A DNA stretch of 64,000 bases from Hyphomicrobiales bacterium (GCA_965204565.1 CBDBEU010000005.1:324366-388365), one strand, 5' to 3'; shown: positions 1 through 10,166, counted from the stretch's first letter. Numbers and translations are program-made. Notes: a model not told the origin generated them from the sequence alone.

Positions 1-237
1 ACCCTGGTCGATCACGGGGTCGACAGGCTCCAGGTCGAGGCCATGCGCTTTGCCGCCGGTGCCCGCCACACGCCGTCATTCCTGGCCGCGCTGGTGGTCG
101 ATGGCCGGGTCGAGATCAATGGTGAAGAGCTGGCGGAGTGGGATTTCGTTTATGCCGATGAGGGCAATGCGCGTTCCGAACTCTCATTTGCCAGTGACGC
201 CACGCTGCTGGCGATGACCATGCGCGAAGCGGGTTAA
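1..237 (+). CDS. 3' end of a gene that starts upstream of the window; hypothetical protein
   Basis: Frame 1 is open from nt 1 to TAA at 235-237. GC3-rich codon usage matches neighbouring genes. No diagnostic motif recognised. Confidence 0.35.
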   Translation, partial: TLVDHGVDRLQVEAMRFAAGARHTPSFLAALVVDGRVEINGEELAEWDFVYADEGNARSELSFASDATLLAMTMREAG

Positions 238-311
238 GGGCGGCTGTTTTCCTGGCGCTGACTCATTTTTCTCGGCGCTAACGCGCAGTCTGCACCAGCC
301 CTCAATCCGGT

Positions 312-1376
312 TCAGTATTGCTGGCGCACATAAGGAATATTCTGGCCCGCACGCATCCATTCCCGCGCCTTGGACATGACTTTTTCCCGGTCGAAATCGT
401 TGGCGCAGCTCTGGAAGCTGTGATCGATGATAGCGTTCACATCGTACTGGATCTCGATTTCATTGATCAGCAGCATGTCGTCCAGCACCGCCTGCCATGC
501 GTCGGTATCGGATATGCCGAATTCCTCACCTTCCGGGATCACCAGATCGGCGACCGCATGCAGGAACTGATAGCCGTAATCGGGATCTTCCCATTGTTCG
601 GGCACGCCCGAGGGGTGGCGTGACATGGCGGCGATGATCTCGATATCGCGACTACCGACATACACCCCCTTGGACCAGGCGCGCACAAATCCGCATATAG
701 GCTCGCGCAGCTCTTCGATCCGGCTTTTCAGGGTCACATAGGAATTGATCGGCGCGCTCTTGACGCTTTTAGGCGTGACGTCGCGCACCCTCACCCCATG
801 GGCCGCCAGTGGAACCACCGAGGCCAGCGAGCCGGCAAAGGCATCGGCGAAATCCTTGGTGAATACGCTGTTGAGGATTGGGCCGGCATCGCCCACCACC
901 ACCGTGTCGATATCCTCGATGGTTGATTGCTCGTGCGCCAGTGCCACCTGCAATGTTGCCAGATCGCGATTGCTGCCCAGCCCCACCGTGCGTCCCTTGA
1001 GATCGAGTACTGAATAGAGCGGGCTCGATTCCTTGACATAGACCCCCTGCTGGATTGGCCGGTGCACCTCATAGATGCTGGCCAGTTCGAAACCGGCATT
1101 GAGCGCATGCAGTGCCTGTGCGCTGTCCATCATCACCAGATCAGCATTGCCGCCGACTAGGAACAGCGTGTAGGGAATATTCGCGTCCGATGAGATGATT
1201 TCCAGCGACAGCCCCTCTTCGCTAAAAAACCCGAGCATTTCGCCGACGTGAATCGGCCAGATGAACATCGACCGGCTCATCGGCTGTATGATCTGCAGAT
1301 TGACCTGCCCTGTCGCGCGCACCGGTGCTGCCAGGGCAGCAATCATGAAAGCGAGGGCAAACAGATATCTGGCCAT
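312..1376 (-). CDS. ABC-transporter substrate-binding protein, NMT1/THI5-like (nitrate/sulfonate/taurine type), orphan
   Basis: 354-aa ORF with signal peptide MARYLFALAFMIAALAAPVRATG. Periplasmic-binding pattern (GGNADLVMMDSAQALHALNAGFEL, KGRTVGLGS). No permease or ATPase gene adjacent. Confidence 0.7.
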   Translation of the reverse strand: MARYLFALAFMIAALAAPVRATGQVNLQIIQPMSRSMFIWPIHVGEMLGFFSEEGLSLEIISSDANIPYTLFLVGGNADLVMMDSAQALHALNAGFELASIYEVHRPIQQGVYVKESSPLYSVLDLKGRTVGLGSNRDLATLQVALAHEQSTIEDIDTVVVGDAGPILNSVFTKDFADAFAGSLASVVPLAAHGVRVRDVTPKSVKSAPINSYVTLKSRIEELREPICGFVRAWSKGVYVGSRDIEIIAAMSRHPSGVPEQWEDPDYGYQFLHAVADLVIPEGEEFGISDTDAWQAVLDDMLLINEIEIQYDVNAIIDHSFQSCANDFDREKVMSKAREWMRAGQNIPYVRQQY

Positions 1377-1484
1377 GAAATGGGGTCCGTTATCGCTCTT
1401 GCCAGCATATCATTGCGCACCGCACCGGTGATTCACATCGCAGGCATGTGTGCTCGAACGAAAATACCAAAAGGGGGTGAACCC

Positions 1485-1709
1485 ATGTTGCGCAAGATCA
1501 TAGCAGGGGTTCTGGATTTCATTACCATATTCGTGCTGGCGGGCGTGGCGGTTGGCTATTTCACCGGCAACCTGACCGAGAACGGCTTTGAGCTCTACGG
1601 TTGGCCGGCGCTGCTGACTTTCGCGATCATGATCGGCTATTTTGCGATCTTTCAGAAGTATCTGGGCGGCACCATCTGGAGGTATATCCTGCGTGTGCCC
1701 GCTTCATGA
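1485..1709 (+). CDS. small two-TM membrane protein, hypothetical
   Basis: ATG at 1485 is preceded by AAGGGGG. 74 aa with two hydrophobic helices. The longer 1248 start would overlap the divergent SBP gene. Confidence 0.45.
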   Translation: MLRKIIAGVLDFITIFVLAGVAVGYFTGNLTENGFELYGWPALLTFAIMIGYFAIFQKYLGGTIWRYILRVPAS

Positions 1710-1755
1710 GCAATGATGACCGGCAGCTGATGGCACAATTTGACCGGTTGGGGAT

Positions 1756-2877
1756 ATGAACGCCGACACACTGGCCAGGATCGCGGCAGCGACGTGCGAG
1801 TACGGACTCGACGCGATCGTCGCAATGAGCCCGGAGAATTTCGCATATCTGACCGGCGTACATATGCCCGAACGCCATTATTTGCACGGGCGTCACACCA
1901 TGCTGGCGGTGACGCCCGATGGTGCGGCCATGGCCTTGGTGCTCGACACCGATGCGGGCAGGATCGAAGCACACCTGCCGGGTGTGCCGCTCACCGGCTG
2001 GAGCGAACACACCGACATCGCCATGGATATGCTGGCCGGCATGCTGTGGGACATGAGCCTGTCATCGGCTAGGATCGGTATCGAGACCGACTATCTGTCG
2101 GCAAGCGATCTGCTGGCGCTGGGCACAGCGCTCCCCAAGGCGGAGTTTGTCGCCGGCGAGCAGATATTTGCCGCTGCCCGTCTGATCAAGACCGAGCGCG
2201 AGCTGGCGCTGCTAGCGCGCGTGGCGGAACTGGCCGAACACAGCATCGATGCCGGCCTGGAGCTGTGTCATATTGCAACGCCCGAATATCAGATCGCAGC
2301 CGCGCTGACGCGTGCCATCTATGCACGCGGCGCCCATGGCTGCGCCCGGCTGGAGATTGTCTCCGGTCCTGCCGGAACCAATCGCGAATCCGCGGTGCCG
2401 GGTTTGCGCACGCTCGCCCCTGACGACCAATGCACGATTGCGCTTTGTCCCCAGATTGACGGCTACCATGCCGCCATTCGCAGAACCGTCGAACTTCCGC
2501 CATCGCGGGGCCGCGAGGGCCGCGACCGGCGCGCCCTCGACGCGGTGCGCCTTCTGGCCTCGATGATTGTTCCGGGCGCCAGCACCGCTGAGATCTGTCG
2601 GGCATATCTCAAGATTGTGGCACCGCTCGTCCCGCCGCCAAGGTCCTCGCTGGCGCACGGCATTGGTCTGGGAATTCGTGAACAGCCGGTGCTGACCATG
2701 GCGCGCGACATGGAGCTGGGTGAAGGCATGGTGCTGGTGCTTGAGCCGCAATTGCCGGCTGATGCCGGGGGATTTGAGCTGCACCGCACCGACATGGCGG
2801 TCCTCACCGCCACCGGCTGTGAGCTATTGACCGGCAACGACCAGCGCATGGTTTCCATCATTGCGCAAAACCCTTAG
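1756..2877 (+). CDS. M24-family metallopeptidase (Xaa-Pro peptidase / creatinase-like)
   Basis: 373 aa. Creatinase/prolidase-type N-domain followed by pita-bread motifs (HGIGLGIREQPVL, GMVLVLEPQL). Confidence 0.75.
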   Translation: MNADTLARIAAATCEYGLDAIVAMSPENFAYLTGVHMPERHYLHGRHTMLAVTPDGAAMALVLDTDAGRIEAHLPGVPLTGWSEHTDIAMDMLAGMLWDMSLSSARIGIETDYLSASDLLALGTALPKAEFVAGEQIFAAARLIKTERELALLARVAELAEHSIDAGLELCHIATPEYQIAAALTRAIYARGAHGCARLEIVSGPAGTNRESAVPGLRTLAPDDQCTIALCPQIDGYHAAIRRTVELPPSRGREGRDRRALDAVRLLASMIVPGASTAEICRAYLKIVAPLVPPPRSSLAHGIGLGIREQPVLTMARDMELGEGMVLVLEPQLPADAGGFELHRTDMAVLTATGCELLTGNDQRMVSIIAQNP

Positions 2878-2987
2878 GAGAGGGATTGCGAACGCTCTAT
2901 GTTCGCGCGGCCTTGCCCGCCAGTTCCGCAATGATTGAACCTGCGCCGCATCGTCCGCTGCCGCACCCGATTTGAGGCGATCGCCGA

Positions 2988-4227
2988 ATGAATACGATTA
3001 TCGCCAGCATCAAGGGCCTTTCCAGCGAGGGTACGCGCGGGCTGACGCCCGTCAGCCTGGTCAGCCTCGCTCATGGCGCGACCCACTGGATTCACGCCAC
3101 CTTCTATGTGCTGCTGCCCTTCATCGCGCTTGAATTCGGTCTCAGCTACACCGAGACCGGCTCGCTGATGACGCTGTTCTTCATCTCCACCTTTCTCACC
3201 AATGTGGCGAGCGGCCCGATTGTCGATCTCACCGGGCGCTCCGTCGCGCTGCAGATCGTCTCCCTGTTGATAGGTGGCGGCGCCCTTCTTGGTGCTGGGC
3301 CTTGCGGCAAGCCCATTCGGCGTGGCGCTGACGATGATTCTGATCGGCATTTCGATCAGCATGTGGCACCCGCCTTCGATCAGCTATCTGTCGCGCTGCT
3401 ATCCCAAGAGCCGTGGCCTGGCGCTTTCCATCCACACGGTTGGCGCGAGTTTCGGCGATGTCATCGCGCCGCCGATTGCCGGTTTTCTGATGACCATTCT
3501 TGCTTGGCGCGAGACGGCTTTGGTCAATTCCCTGCCATTGTTCATCATGGCGGCAATTGTGTTCGCGGTGTTGAGGGAACTGGATCGGCCGGCGCGCGAT
3601 TCCGGTTCTACCAAGCTGTCGACCCGCTATCTTGAAGGCGCGCGGCTTTTGGTGCGCGACCGCTCCTTCCAGCGGCTGTGTGTGATGTCGGGCCTGTGGT
3701 CGATGTCGCAGAATGGCGTTGCGTTTTTCATGCCGCTCTATCTGGTCGGCAATCTGGATGCGGGCCCCGCCGAGGTCGGCCTTGCGATTGCCGCCATGCA
3801 GATCGGTGCGGTGTTTACCGGCCCCATTGCCGGTGCCTGGTCGGACCGCGTCGGCCGCCGCCCGGTGGTGATTACCTCTTTGACCATCGGCGCGCTGGCG
3901 ATCGCGGCGCTGCCCTTTGTCGATGCCATCATCCCGTTCGTGGTGATTGTCTCGATTGTCGGCTGCGCGCTGTTTTCAATGCGCCCGGTGGTGCACAGTT
4001 GGACCATGGACCTGACCGGCGCCCAGACCTCCGGCAGTGCTATCTCCATGGTGTTCGCATTTCAGTCCGGAATGATGCTGCTGCTGCCGGTGGTTGGTGG
4101 CATCGCGGCCGACATTTGGGGCCTGTCGACGGTGTTCCACCTGATGACGGTGACCTGCTTCGCCGCCGCCATACTGGCCTGGTCGATGCCTAATTCGGGC
4201 CAACCCGCCGAGGCTACCGCGGCCTGA
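2988..4227 (+). pseudogene. MFS transporter, frameshifted
   Basis: ORFs 2988-3635 and 3274-4227 together align end to end with the paralog at 5141-6145 (GATHWI.AT.Y.LLPFI, S.WHP, WSDR.GRRPV). The frame switch lies in GGTGGCGGCGCCC near 3270-3290. Confidence 0.7.
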
Positions 4228-4335
4228 TTGCGCCGCGCCGCTTTACATGCGGCCTCGTGTCCGTGAAAGTTTCGCCCGGCGCCGATAACAGCGCCGGGCA
4301 AACAACTGACGTATTCTGTCAGAGGGGGCAGCAAA

Positions 4336-5130
4336 GTGATCAAGCGTCTAGAAAATCCAGCACGCGACCGCATGGAAAAGGGCGACATCGCGCTCGGCGT
4401 CGGCATCGTCCAGGGGCGAACCGTCGATATCGCGCAGCTTATGAAGACTGCCGGTTATGATTGGCTGTTTCTTGATTGTGAACATGGCGCCATGTCGATC
4501 GACACCTGCGCCCAGATTGCCGTGGCCGGTCTTGCCATCAGCATAACACCGATCGTCCGCGTGCCGATAGGCGGCTATGGTCTGGCGACCCGCCTGCTCG
4601 ATTGCGGCGCCATGGGCATCACCATGCCGCATGTCGAAAATGCCGAGCAGGCCCGCGAGTTGGTCGACAATTGCCGCTTTCCGCCCGTAGGCCATCGCGG
4701 CATTGGCGGCGGCGTACCGCAATATGGCTATCAGCCGGTCAATCTTGGCGAGGTGGTGGAAGAGCTCAATCGCTCGATGCTGCTGATCGCCATGGTCGAA
4801 ACGCCAGAGGCGATTTCCCGCGCCGATGAGATCGCCGCGGTTGATGGCGTTGACGTGGTGATGATCGGCACCAACGATCTGGCGCTCGCCATGGGCGTGC
4901 CGCAGCAGTTCGGCCATGCCAAGGTGGTCGAGGCCTATGAGACCGTTGCAGCCGCCTGCAAGAAGCACGGCAGGTGGATGGGATCGGGCGGTGTGCGCGA
5001 GCCCGAACTGGCGGCGCACTATGCCGCCATGGGCGCGCAATTCTTTCTCGCCGGTCAGGATATCGGCTTCATGATCGCCGGCGGTAGCCAGCGCGCCAAC
5101 ATCCTGCGCGAGGCGGTCGCAGGCAGCTGA
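4336..5130 (+). CDS. HpcH/HpaI-family aldolase (2-keto-3-deoxy-acid aldolase type)
   Basis: 264 aa. GTG start after GAGGGGG. Family pattern DWLFLDCEHGAMSIDT ... ITPIVRVP ... MVETPEA ... VDVVMIGTNDLA. Confidence 0.8.
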   Translation: MIKRLENPARDRMEKGDIALGVGIVQGRTVDIAQLMKTAGYDWLFLDCEHGAMSIDTCAQIAVAGLAISITPIVRVPIGGYGLATRLLDCGAMGITMPHVENAEQARELVDNCRFPPVGHRGIGGGVPQYGYQPVNLGEVVEELNRSMLLIAMVETPEAISRADEIAAVDGVDVVMIGTNDLALAMGVPQQFGHAKVVEAYETVAAACKKHGRWMGSGGVREPELAAHYAAMGAQFFLAGQDIGFMIAGGSQRANILREAVAGS

Positions 5131-5140
5131 GACACCACGC

Positions 5141-6145
5141 ATGAGCGCCATTGGCGAGACGCTGCGGCGCATCGGCGGGCCGGGGCGCAGGGAGCACACG
5201 CCCGCAATCGTCGTCGCCTTCGGTCACGGTGCGACCCATTGGATCAACGCCACACTCTATATCCTTTTGCCGTTTATCGGCAGGGATCTCGGGCTCAGCT
5301 ACACCGAAATCGGCTCTTTGGTGCCGCGGATGTTCATCGCCGCCTTATGCGCTAATGTCACCAGCGGCCCGCTGGTCGACCTGATCGGCCGCCGCGTCGC
5401 CTTTCAGGCTGCCGCCCTCCTGATTGGCGGCATTGCCTTGGTCGGTATCGGCTTTGCAAAAAGCATTGTGCTGCTCGCCGTATTCGTTGTCGGCATCGGG
5501 TTTTCAATCAGCCTGTGGCACCCGGCGGCATTTACCTTTCTGGCAAGGCGCTATCCGGCAGGGCGCGGGCTTGCCCTGTCGCTCCACAATCTGGGCGCCA
5601 GCCTTGGCGATGCCGCAGCACCGGTTGTCGCGGGCACGCTTTTGACCATTTTCACCTGGAGCGGAACTGCGCTCATCAGCGCGGTGCCGATGTTCGCCAC
5701 ATTGGTGATGGTGCTCACCATGCTGCGCGAGCCGGCAGGCGAGGCAAAGCCGGTGCAACCCGGCACAAGAAGGGCGCGGACTATCTCAAGGGCATGGCGC
5801 TTCTGGTGCACAACAGCGCCATCTTGAAATTGTTTTCTGATGTCGGGATTGCGTTCTCCCACCCAGAACGGGGTTCTGGTATTCCTGCTGCTCTATATGG
5901 TCGGCGTTCTGTCGGAAAGCCCGGCCACTGTAGGCGCCACCATCATGACGCTGCAGATCGGCGGCATGATCGCAGGCCCGCCCGCCGGCCTGTGGTCCGA
6001 CCGCATCGGGCGCCGCCCGGTGGCATTGGCCGGGCTTGGCGCTGCTACCTTGTTGATCGCCGGCGTCATATGGGCTCCCTCCACCGCCGCATTGATTGCA
6101 CTGGCCGGTCTCATCGGCTTTGCCATCTTCGCCGTGCGCCCGGTG
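5141..6145 (+). pseudogene. MFS transporter paralog with two frameshifts, 3'-truncated by an IS30-like element
   Basis: Three frames must be joined (5141-5765, about 5765-5830, 5830-6145) to follow the paralog 2988-4227. One shift sits in a T-run near 5830. Homology stops after ..FAVRPV at 6145, where IS30 sequence begins. Confidence 0.75.
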
Positions 6146-7040
6146 TGTGCCGATTCAACGGATTGCCCCCACACACTCGGCGAACTTCTCATCAGGTGAG
6201 TGGTGGTTCAACGTCTTTCTCCGCCGCTCATTGAGTTCTCGCGCCACGGCATCGGGTTTGGTCCGGCTGTGCATAGACAGGTCGGTGCCTTTGGGGAAGT
6301 ACTGTCGCAGCAGCCGGTTGGTGTTCTCGTTGGTGCCGCGCTGCCGGGGGCTGTGGGGCCAGGGACTGTGGGGATCGCAGAAGCAGACCTCGAGGTCGGT
6401 CGCGAGCGTGAGACGCTTGTGGTCGGCAAGTTCCTTGCCCCGGTCCCGTGCGGCGGCCGGACGTTCGTGGATCGAGACCGCATCTTTGATCCGGCCGAGC
6501 CCGTCGCGCTTGAGACCGGCGTGCCGGGAGCGGCGGATCGCGCGCGTTGCCCGCAGACGGGCCGGCAATTCCTTCTTCAGAATGCCCCGGGTCCGGATGA
6601 ACAGGCCTCGATAGATGGTCTCATGGGACAGGCGTGTATCCTCATCGTCGGGATGCCTGCGCTTCAGCCAGCCTGCGATTCGCTGAGGTGACCACTTGCG
6701 CTCAAGCTTGCCCGATAGTGTCCGGCAGAGCGATCGCCGACAAGCAAGCTTGCGCAGCCTGGGGCGCAGAGCCCGGTCCCGGGCAGCCTGATCCGACCGC
6801 GCAGCGCGATCGCACGAAAGGACAGTTGCGCCGCCCCAAGCCCTCCGGATATCTCCTCTCGATCACAATGCGTCAATGCTGGACGCGACCTTGTGTGCGC
6901 CAGCGGCCGGACACCATCCGTCCGGGACAGCAAGGGAAAGATCGACGATGAGTTGCGATCGAGCCCGCGGCCAATCGAACGCATCGACTCCCCACGCTGC
7001 CGGCGATCTCAAATCTCTGCCTTCCGGCTATCGGTAAAAT
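6146..7040 (-). mobile_element. IS30-family element remnant (transposase frameshifted, shortened)
   Basis: ORF 6155-6568 carries the IS30 DDE C-terminus (CDPHSPW..RGTNENTN.LLRQYFPKGTDLS). N-terminal HTH pieces (REEISGGL..RAIA) lie in other frames up to about 6984. Outer ends are approximate. Confidence 0.7.
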
Positions 7041-7339
7041 AGAGATGTCGACGGCAGCCCATCGTGAACACTCCATCTTTCCATCAAAGACTGAAGTGTT
7101 GAGGCAACCATTTGAACCAACCGTTCAAACGCGACGACCCGGCTTGCGATCTTCGACAGTGCCCAGCTGTAATATCCGCGGTTGCAACCGACATCGACTG
7201 CCGTGCACCCAACAGGCACGATATCATGCAGGATCGCGAGCTCTGGTTCGCCCTTGCGAACTTCCTTGGCGATCTTGTGAGCGTAGTAAATGTTTGCAGG
7301 AAGAAACCCTTTGACCTGGTCTTCGATTGACAGCGCCAT
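7028..7339 (-). pseudogene. FkbM-family methyltransferase, 5' fragment
   Basis: MALSIEDQ...CTAVDVGCNRGYYSWALSKIASRVVAFE matches the SAM-binding start of FkbM proteins. Only about 100 aa remain before the IS30 remnant. AT-richer than its surroundings. Confidence 0.55.
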
Positions 7340-7469
7340 GGCATGTTTATCCGATTGGTAATTCGGCAAAAAAGTTTGTGACGAGACAATGCCCAACCTG
7401 CCCGCACAGTGATTGCAGGCTAATAGGTAACCTGGCTCGTCATTCGGAGGCTGAACTCGCTGAAATGAT

Positions 7470-7556
7470 TGGTGCCCCTGGCCGGACTCGAACCAGCACG
7501 TCCTTGCGGACAACAGATTTTGAGTCTGCCGCGTCTACCAATTCCGCCACAGGGGC
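7470..7556 (-). tRNA. tRNA-Leu(CAA)
   Basis: 87 nt. Reverse complement is GCCCCTGTGGCGGAATTGGTAGACGCGGCAGACTCAAAATCTGTTGTCCGCAAGGACGTGCTGGTTCGAGTCCGGCCAGGGGCACCA. It has a 7-bp acceptor stem, anticodon loop CU-CAA-AA, a long variable arm, a GGTTCGAGTCC T-arm and an encoded CCA. Confidence 0.9.
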
Positions 7557-7628
7557 TTGCCGCGCCTCGATATCATGCGAAGCGCGCGGATCATATCGGT
7601 GCATGGCACGGGGTCAACCGCGCCGATG

Positions 7629-7668
7629 GCAAAAATGCGCCCGCTGCCGCTGAATGAGCGGTGGCGCA
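7629..7668 (-). terminator. Rho-independent terminator downstream of glnK
   Basis: Minus-strand sequence GCGCC-A-CCGCT-cattc-AGCGG-cagcg-GGCGC followed by ATTTTT. Confidence 0.5.
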
Positions 7669-7689
7669 TAGGGCAAGAAGGCCTTCAGC

Positions 7690-8028
7690 TCACAATGCCT
7701 CGTTGCCGGTTTCCCCGGTGCGGATTCTGATCGCGGATTCCACATCCCATACAAAGATCTTGCCGTCGCCGATTTTTCCGGTCTGGGCAGCTGCGGCGAT
7801 GGTGTCGACAGCCTGTTGCGCCACAGCGTCATCGACCACCACTTCGATCTTCAACTTCGGTAAATAATTGATCTGGTACTCGGCGCCCCGATAGATCTCG
7901 GTATGGCCCTTTTGCCGGCCATAACCGCGAACCTCCGTCACCGTCATGCCCTGCACTTCCATTCCTGTCAGTGCCTCGCGCACATGATCGAGGCGGTATG
8001 GCTGAATGATTGCTGAAACCATTTTCAT
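7690..8028 (-). CDS. glnK: nitrogen regulatory protein P-II
   Basis: 112 aa, MKMVSAIIQPYRLDHVREAL...TVTEVRGYGRQKGHTEIYRGAEY (T-loop). Lies directly downstream of amtB. Confidence 0.9.
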   Translation of the reverse strand: MKMVSAIIQPYRLDHVREALTGMEVQGMTVTEVRGYGRQKGHTEIYRGAEYQINYLPKLKIEVVVDDAVAQQAVDTIAAAAQTGKIGDGKIFVWDVESAIRIRTGETGNEAL

Positions 8029-8050
8029 GAGTGAATTCCCTGCTCGCGCA

Positions 8051-9268
8051 TTAGAGTTTGTAACCGGTTTCGCCATGGGCCGTGTAGTCGAGGCCCTCGA
8101 CTTCTTCTTCCTCGTTCACTCTGAGCCCGACCAGAAGCTGGGTGATCTTGATCAGCACAAAAGTGGCGACGGCCGACCAGACGAGCGTTGCGGCAATGCC
8201 GATCAACTGGGCGACAAGCTGGTCACCCACACCAACGCCTTCATCAAGACCAATGCCGCCAAGCACCGGAAGAATGAGGATCGTGGTAAGAAGCGTTCCG
8301 GTGGCACCGCCGACGCCATGGACTGCCAGAACGTCAAGGGAGTCATCAATGTGGAAGGTGCGCTTTACAACATCCACTGCGAGATAGCAGATGATCCCGC
8401 CGGCAAGGCCCAGAACCACACCGCCAATGGGGCCGATGAAACCCGAGGCCGGTGTCACGGTGGCAAGACCGGCAATGGTGCCGGTCACGAGGCCGACCAG
8501 GCTCGGCTTGCCGAACCGCGCCCATTCAATCACCAGCCAGACAAGCGATGCCGTGGCCGCGGAAAGATGGGTGACCAGCAACGCCATGCCCACATCAGCG
8601 CCGGCGGCCAGGGCGCTGCCGGCATTGAAGCCGAACCAGCCGACCCACAACATCGCCGCGCCGACCATCACCATCCAGGGAGCATGCGGCGGTTCGTTTT
8701 GTTCGGGAAAACCGCTTCTCGAACCCAGCACCGCCGCGACCACGAGGGCCGATACACCGGCTGTCACATGAACCACGATGCCACCGGCGAAATCCTTGAC
8801 GCCCAGTTCGGACAGCCAGCCGCCACCCCAAACCCAGTGTGCAACAGGAGAATAGACGACAAGCAGCCAAAGAGCGGAAAACAACAGAACCGCACCGAAT
8901 TTGATGCGCTCCACATAGGCGCCAACGATCAACGCCGGGGTAATGATGGCGAAAGTCATCTGGAAGGAGAAGAATACTGTTTCGGGAATGGTTGTGCCTG
9001 GAAATACCGCGTCGCGCTCAACACCGGACAGAAAAGTCTTGCCCAAGCCCCCCACCAGTCCGCTGCCGTCCGCAAATGCCAGTGAATAAGCGCACACAAA
9101 CCAGAGCACGGATGCGCCGCAGCAAATCGCCGAACAATGCATCAGCACCGATAGAATGTTACGTGATCTGACGAGCCCGCCATAAAACAGCGCGAGCCCC
9201 GGCATGGTCATAAACAGAACCAGCGCGGTGGCAGTCAGAACCCACGCCGTGTTGCCTGAATCAATCAT
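8051..9268 (-). CDS. amtB: ammonium transporter
   Basis: 405 aa from ATG 9268 (SD GGGGGA upstream). Multi-TM Amt pattern (FAGGIVVHVTAGVSALV, GVHGVGGATGTLL). Confidence 0.9.
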   Translation of the reverse strand: MIDSGNTAWVLTATALVLFMTMPGLALFYGGLVRSRNILSVLMHCSAICCGASVLWFVCAYSLAFADGSGLVGGLGKTFLSGVERDAVFPGTTIPETVFFSFQMTFAIITPALIVGAYVERIKFGAVLLFSALWLLVVYSPVAHWVWGGGWLSELGVKDFAGGIVVHVTAGVSALVVAAVLGSRSGFPEQNEPPHAPWMVMVGAAMLWVGWFGFNAGSALAAGADVGMALLVTHLSAATASLVWLVIEWARFGKPSLVGLVTGTIAGLATVTPASGFIGPIGGVVLGLAGGIICYLAVDVVKRTFHIDDSLDVLAVHGVGGATGTLLTTILILPVLGGIGLDEGVGVGDQLVAQLIGIAATLVWSAVATFVLIKITQLLVGLRVNEEEEVEGLDYTAHGETGYKL

Positions 9269-9360
9269 AATGTCCCCCAAGAATATTCCGCTGCAGTGGC
9301 ATTCGCCGACGCTAACTTTAGACAGTTGGCGGCAATGTGACCGTACCGACATTCCCCAAC

Positions 9361-9950
9361 TAGGTTTCGTGGACCAGGCTTGACGTGAGATTCACATTTC
9401 GATTCAGGGCTGCCTTTTGGGGGCGGCCTTGGGCGAGCGGATTGGTGTAACGGATGAGGAATGGGCGCTGATCGGGCCGCTGTTGGCGCCACATGAGATT
9501 CACATTGGAGCGCGGTCGCGGGTGCCGTCCTGCACAGGACAACCGCCTGTATTTCGAAGGCATGATGTGGATCGCGCGAACCGGAGCGCAGTGGCGGCCT
9601 CTGCGGGATGACTATGGCAAGTGGAACAGCATTTTCCGACGCTACCGAAGATGGGTCACGACCGGCGTGTTCGATGCGATGCTCGAGACGCTGGCCGAAC
9701 CGGCGGGACGCAATGCCGCCGCCGACATGATCGATAGCACGGTGGTCCGGGCACATCATTGTGCCGTCGGCATAAAAAGGGGGCTCAGCAAACAGAGGGG
9801 CCTGGCCGGTCGCGCGGCGGCTTTACGACCGGGCTCCACGCGAGGTGCGATGCCAGAGGCCTCCCGCTCGGCTTCGTGCTGACACCCGGCCAGGCGCACG
9901 ATGTGCAGGGCTTTGCACCGCTGTTCCGCATGATGACCGACCGCATCGAG
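9361..9950 (+). mobile_element. IS5-family element (DUF4096 + DDE, IS427-like), copy A, 3'-truncated
   Basis: Near-identical to 24633-25215. Left end is TAGGTTTCGTGGACC. Encodes LTDEEWALIGPLL.../DNRLYFEGMMWIARTGAQWR...YGKWNSIFRRYRRW. Homology to copy B ends near 9950. Confidence 0.75.
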
Positions 9951-10160
9951 CCGCTTTCGCCCGGGTTTGATCGCCGACACCGCCATGCCGGTAGCGGGGG
10001 CGCACGGAGCCGTTGGATGGCCGCAAGGATGCGGGTGAACAGAGTGCCGCCGACAGCCGCCTCGGCCGGTTGGAACGTGACGGCTCGGGTGTGGCGGACG
10101 ATCCGCGCTCCGATCCTGATCGGATCACACGTCCACCCACGCGGTCCAACGATGGAGCTC
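9951..10160 (-). mobile_element. IS1380-family transposase 3' fragment
   Basis: Minus-strand PIRIGARIVRHTRAVTFQPAEAAVGGTLFTRILAAIQRLRAPP parallels the fragment at 37200-37357. Upper boundary is uncertain. Confidence 0.6.
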
Positions 10161-10166
10161 AGTTTG

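Noticed and set aside
1248-1484. Long 5' extension of the small membrane-protein ORF (start at 1248)
   Set aside because: It would overlap the divergent SBP gene start by about 130 nt and is Arg/His/Cys-rich. An internal ATG at 1485 has a good SD.
8006-9085. 359-aa plus-strand ORF
   Set aside because: It lies entirely antisense to the confidently assigned amtB. It is Arg/Gly/His-rich with low complexity, as is typical of mirror-frame ORFs in GC-rich DNA, and has no SD or family motifs.
9269-9360. Sigma-54 (-24/-12) promoter upstream of amtB
   Set aside because: The best candidate on the minus strand, GGTACGGTCACATTGC, has 12 nt between GG and GC instead of 10. No NtrC-type TGCACC-N5-GGTGCA sites were seen.
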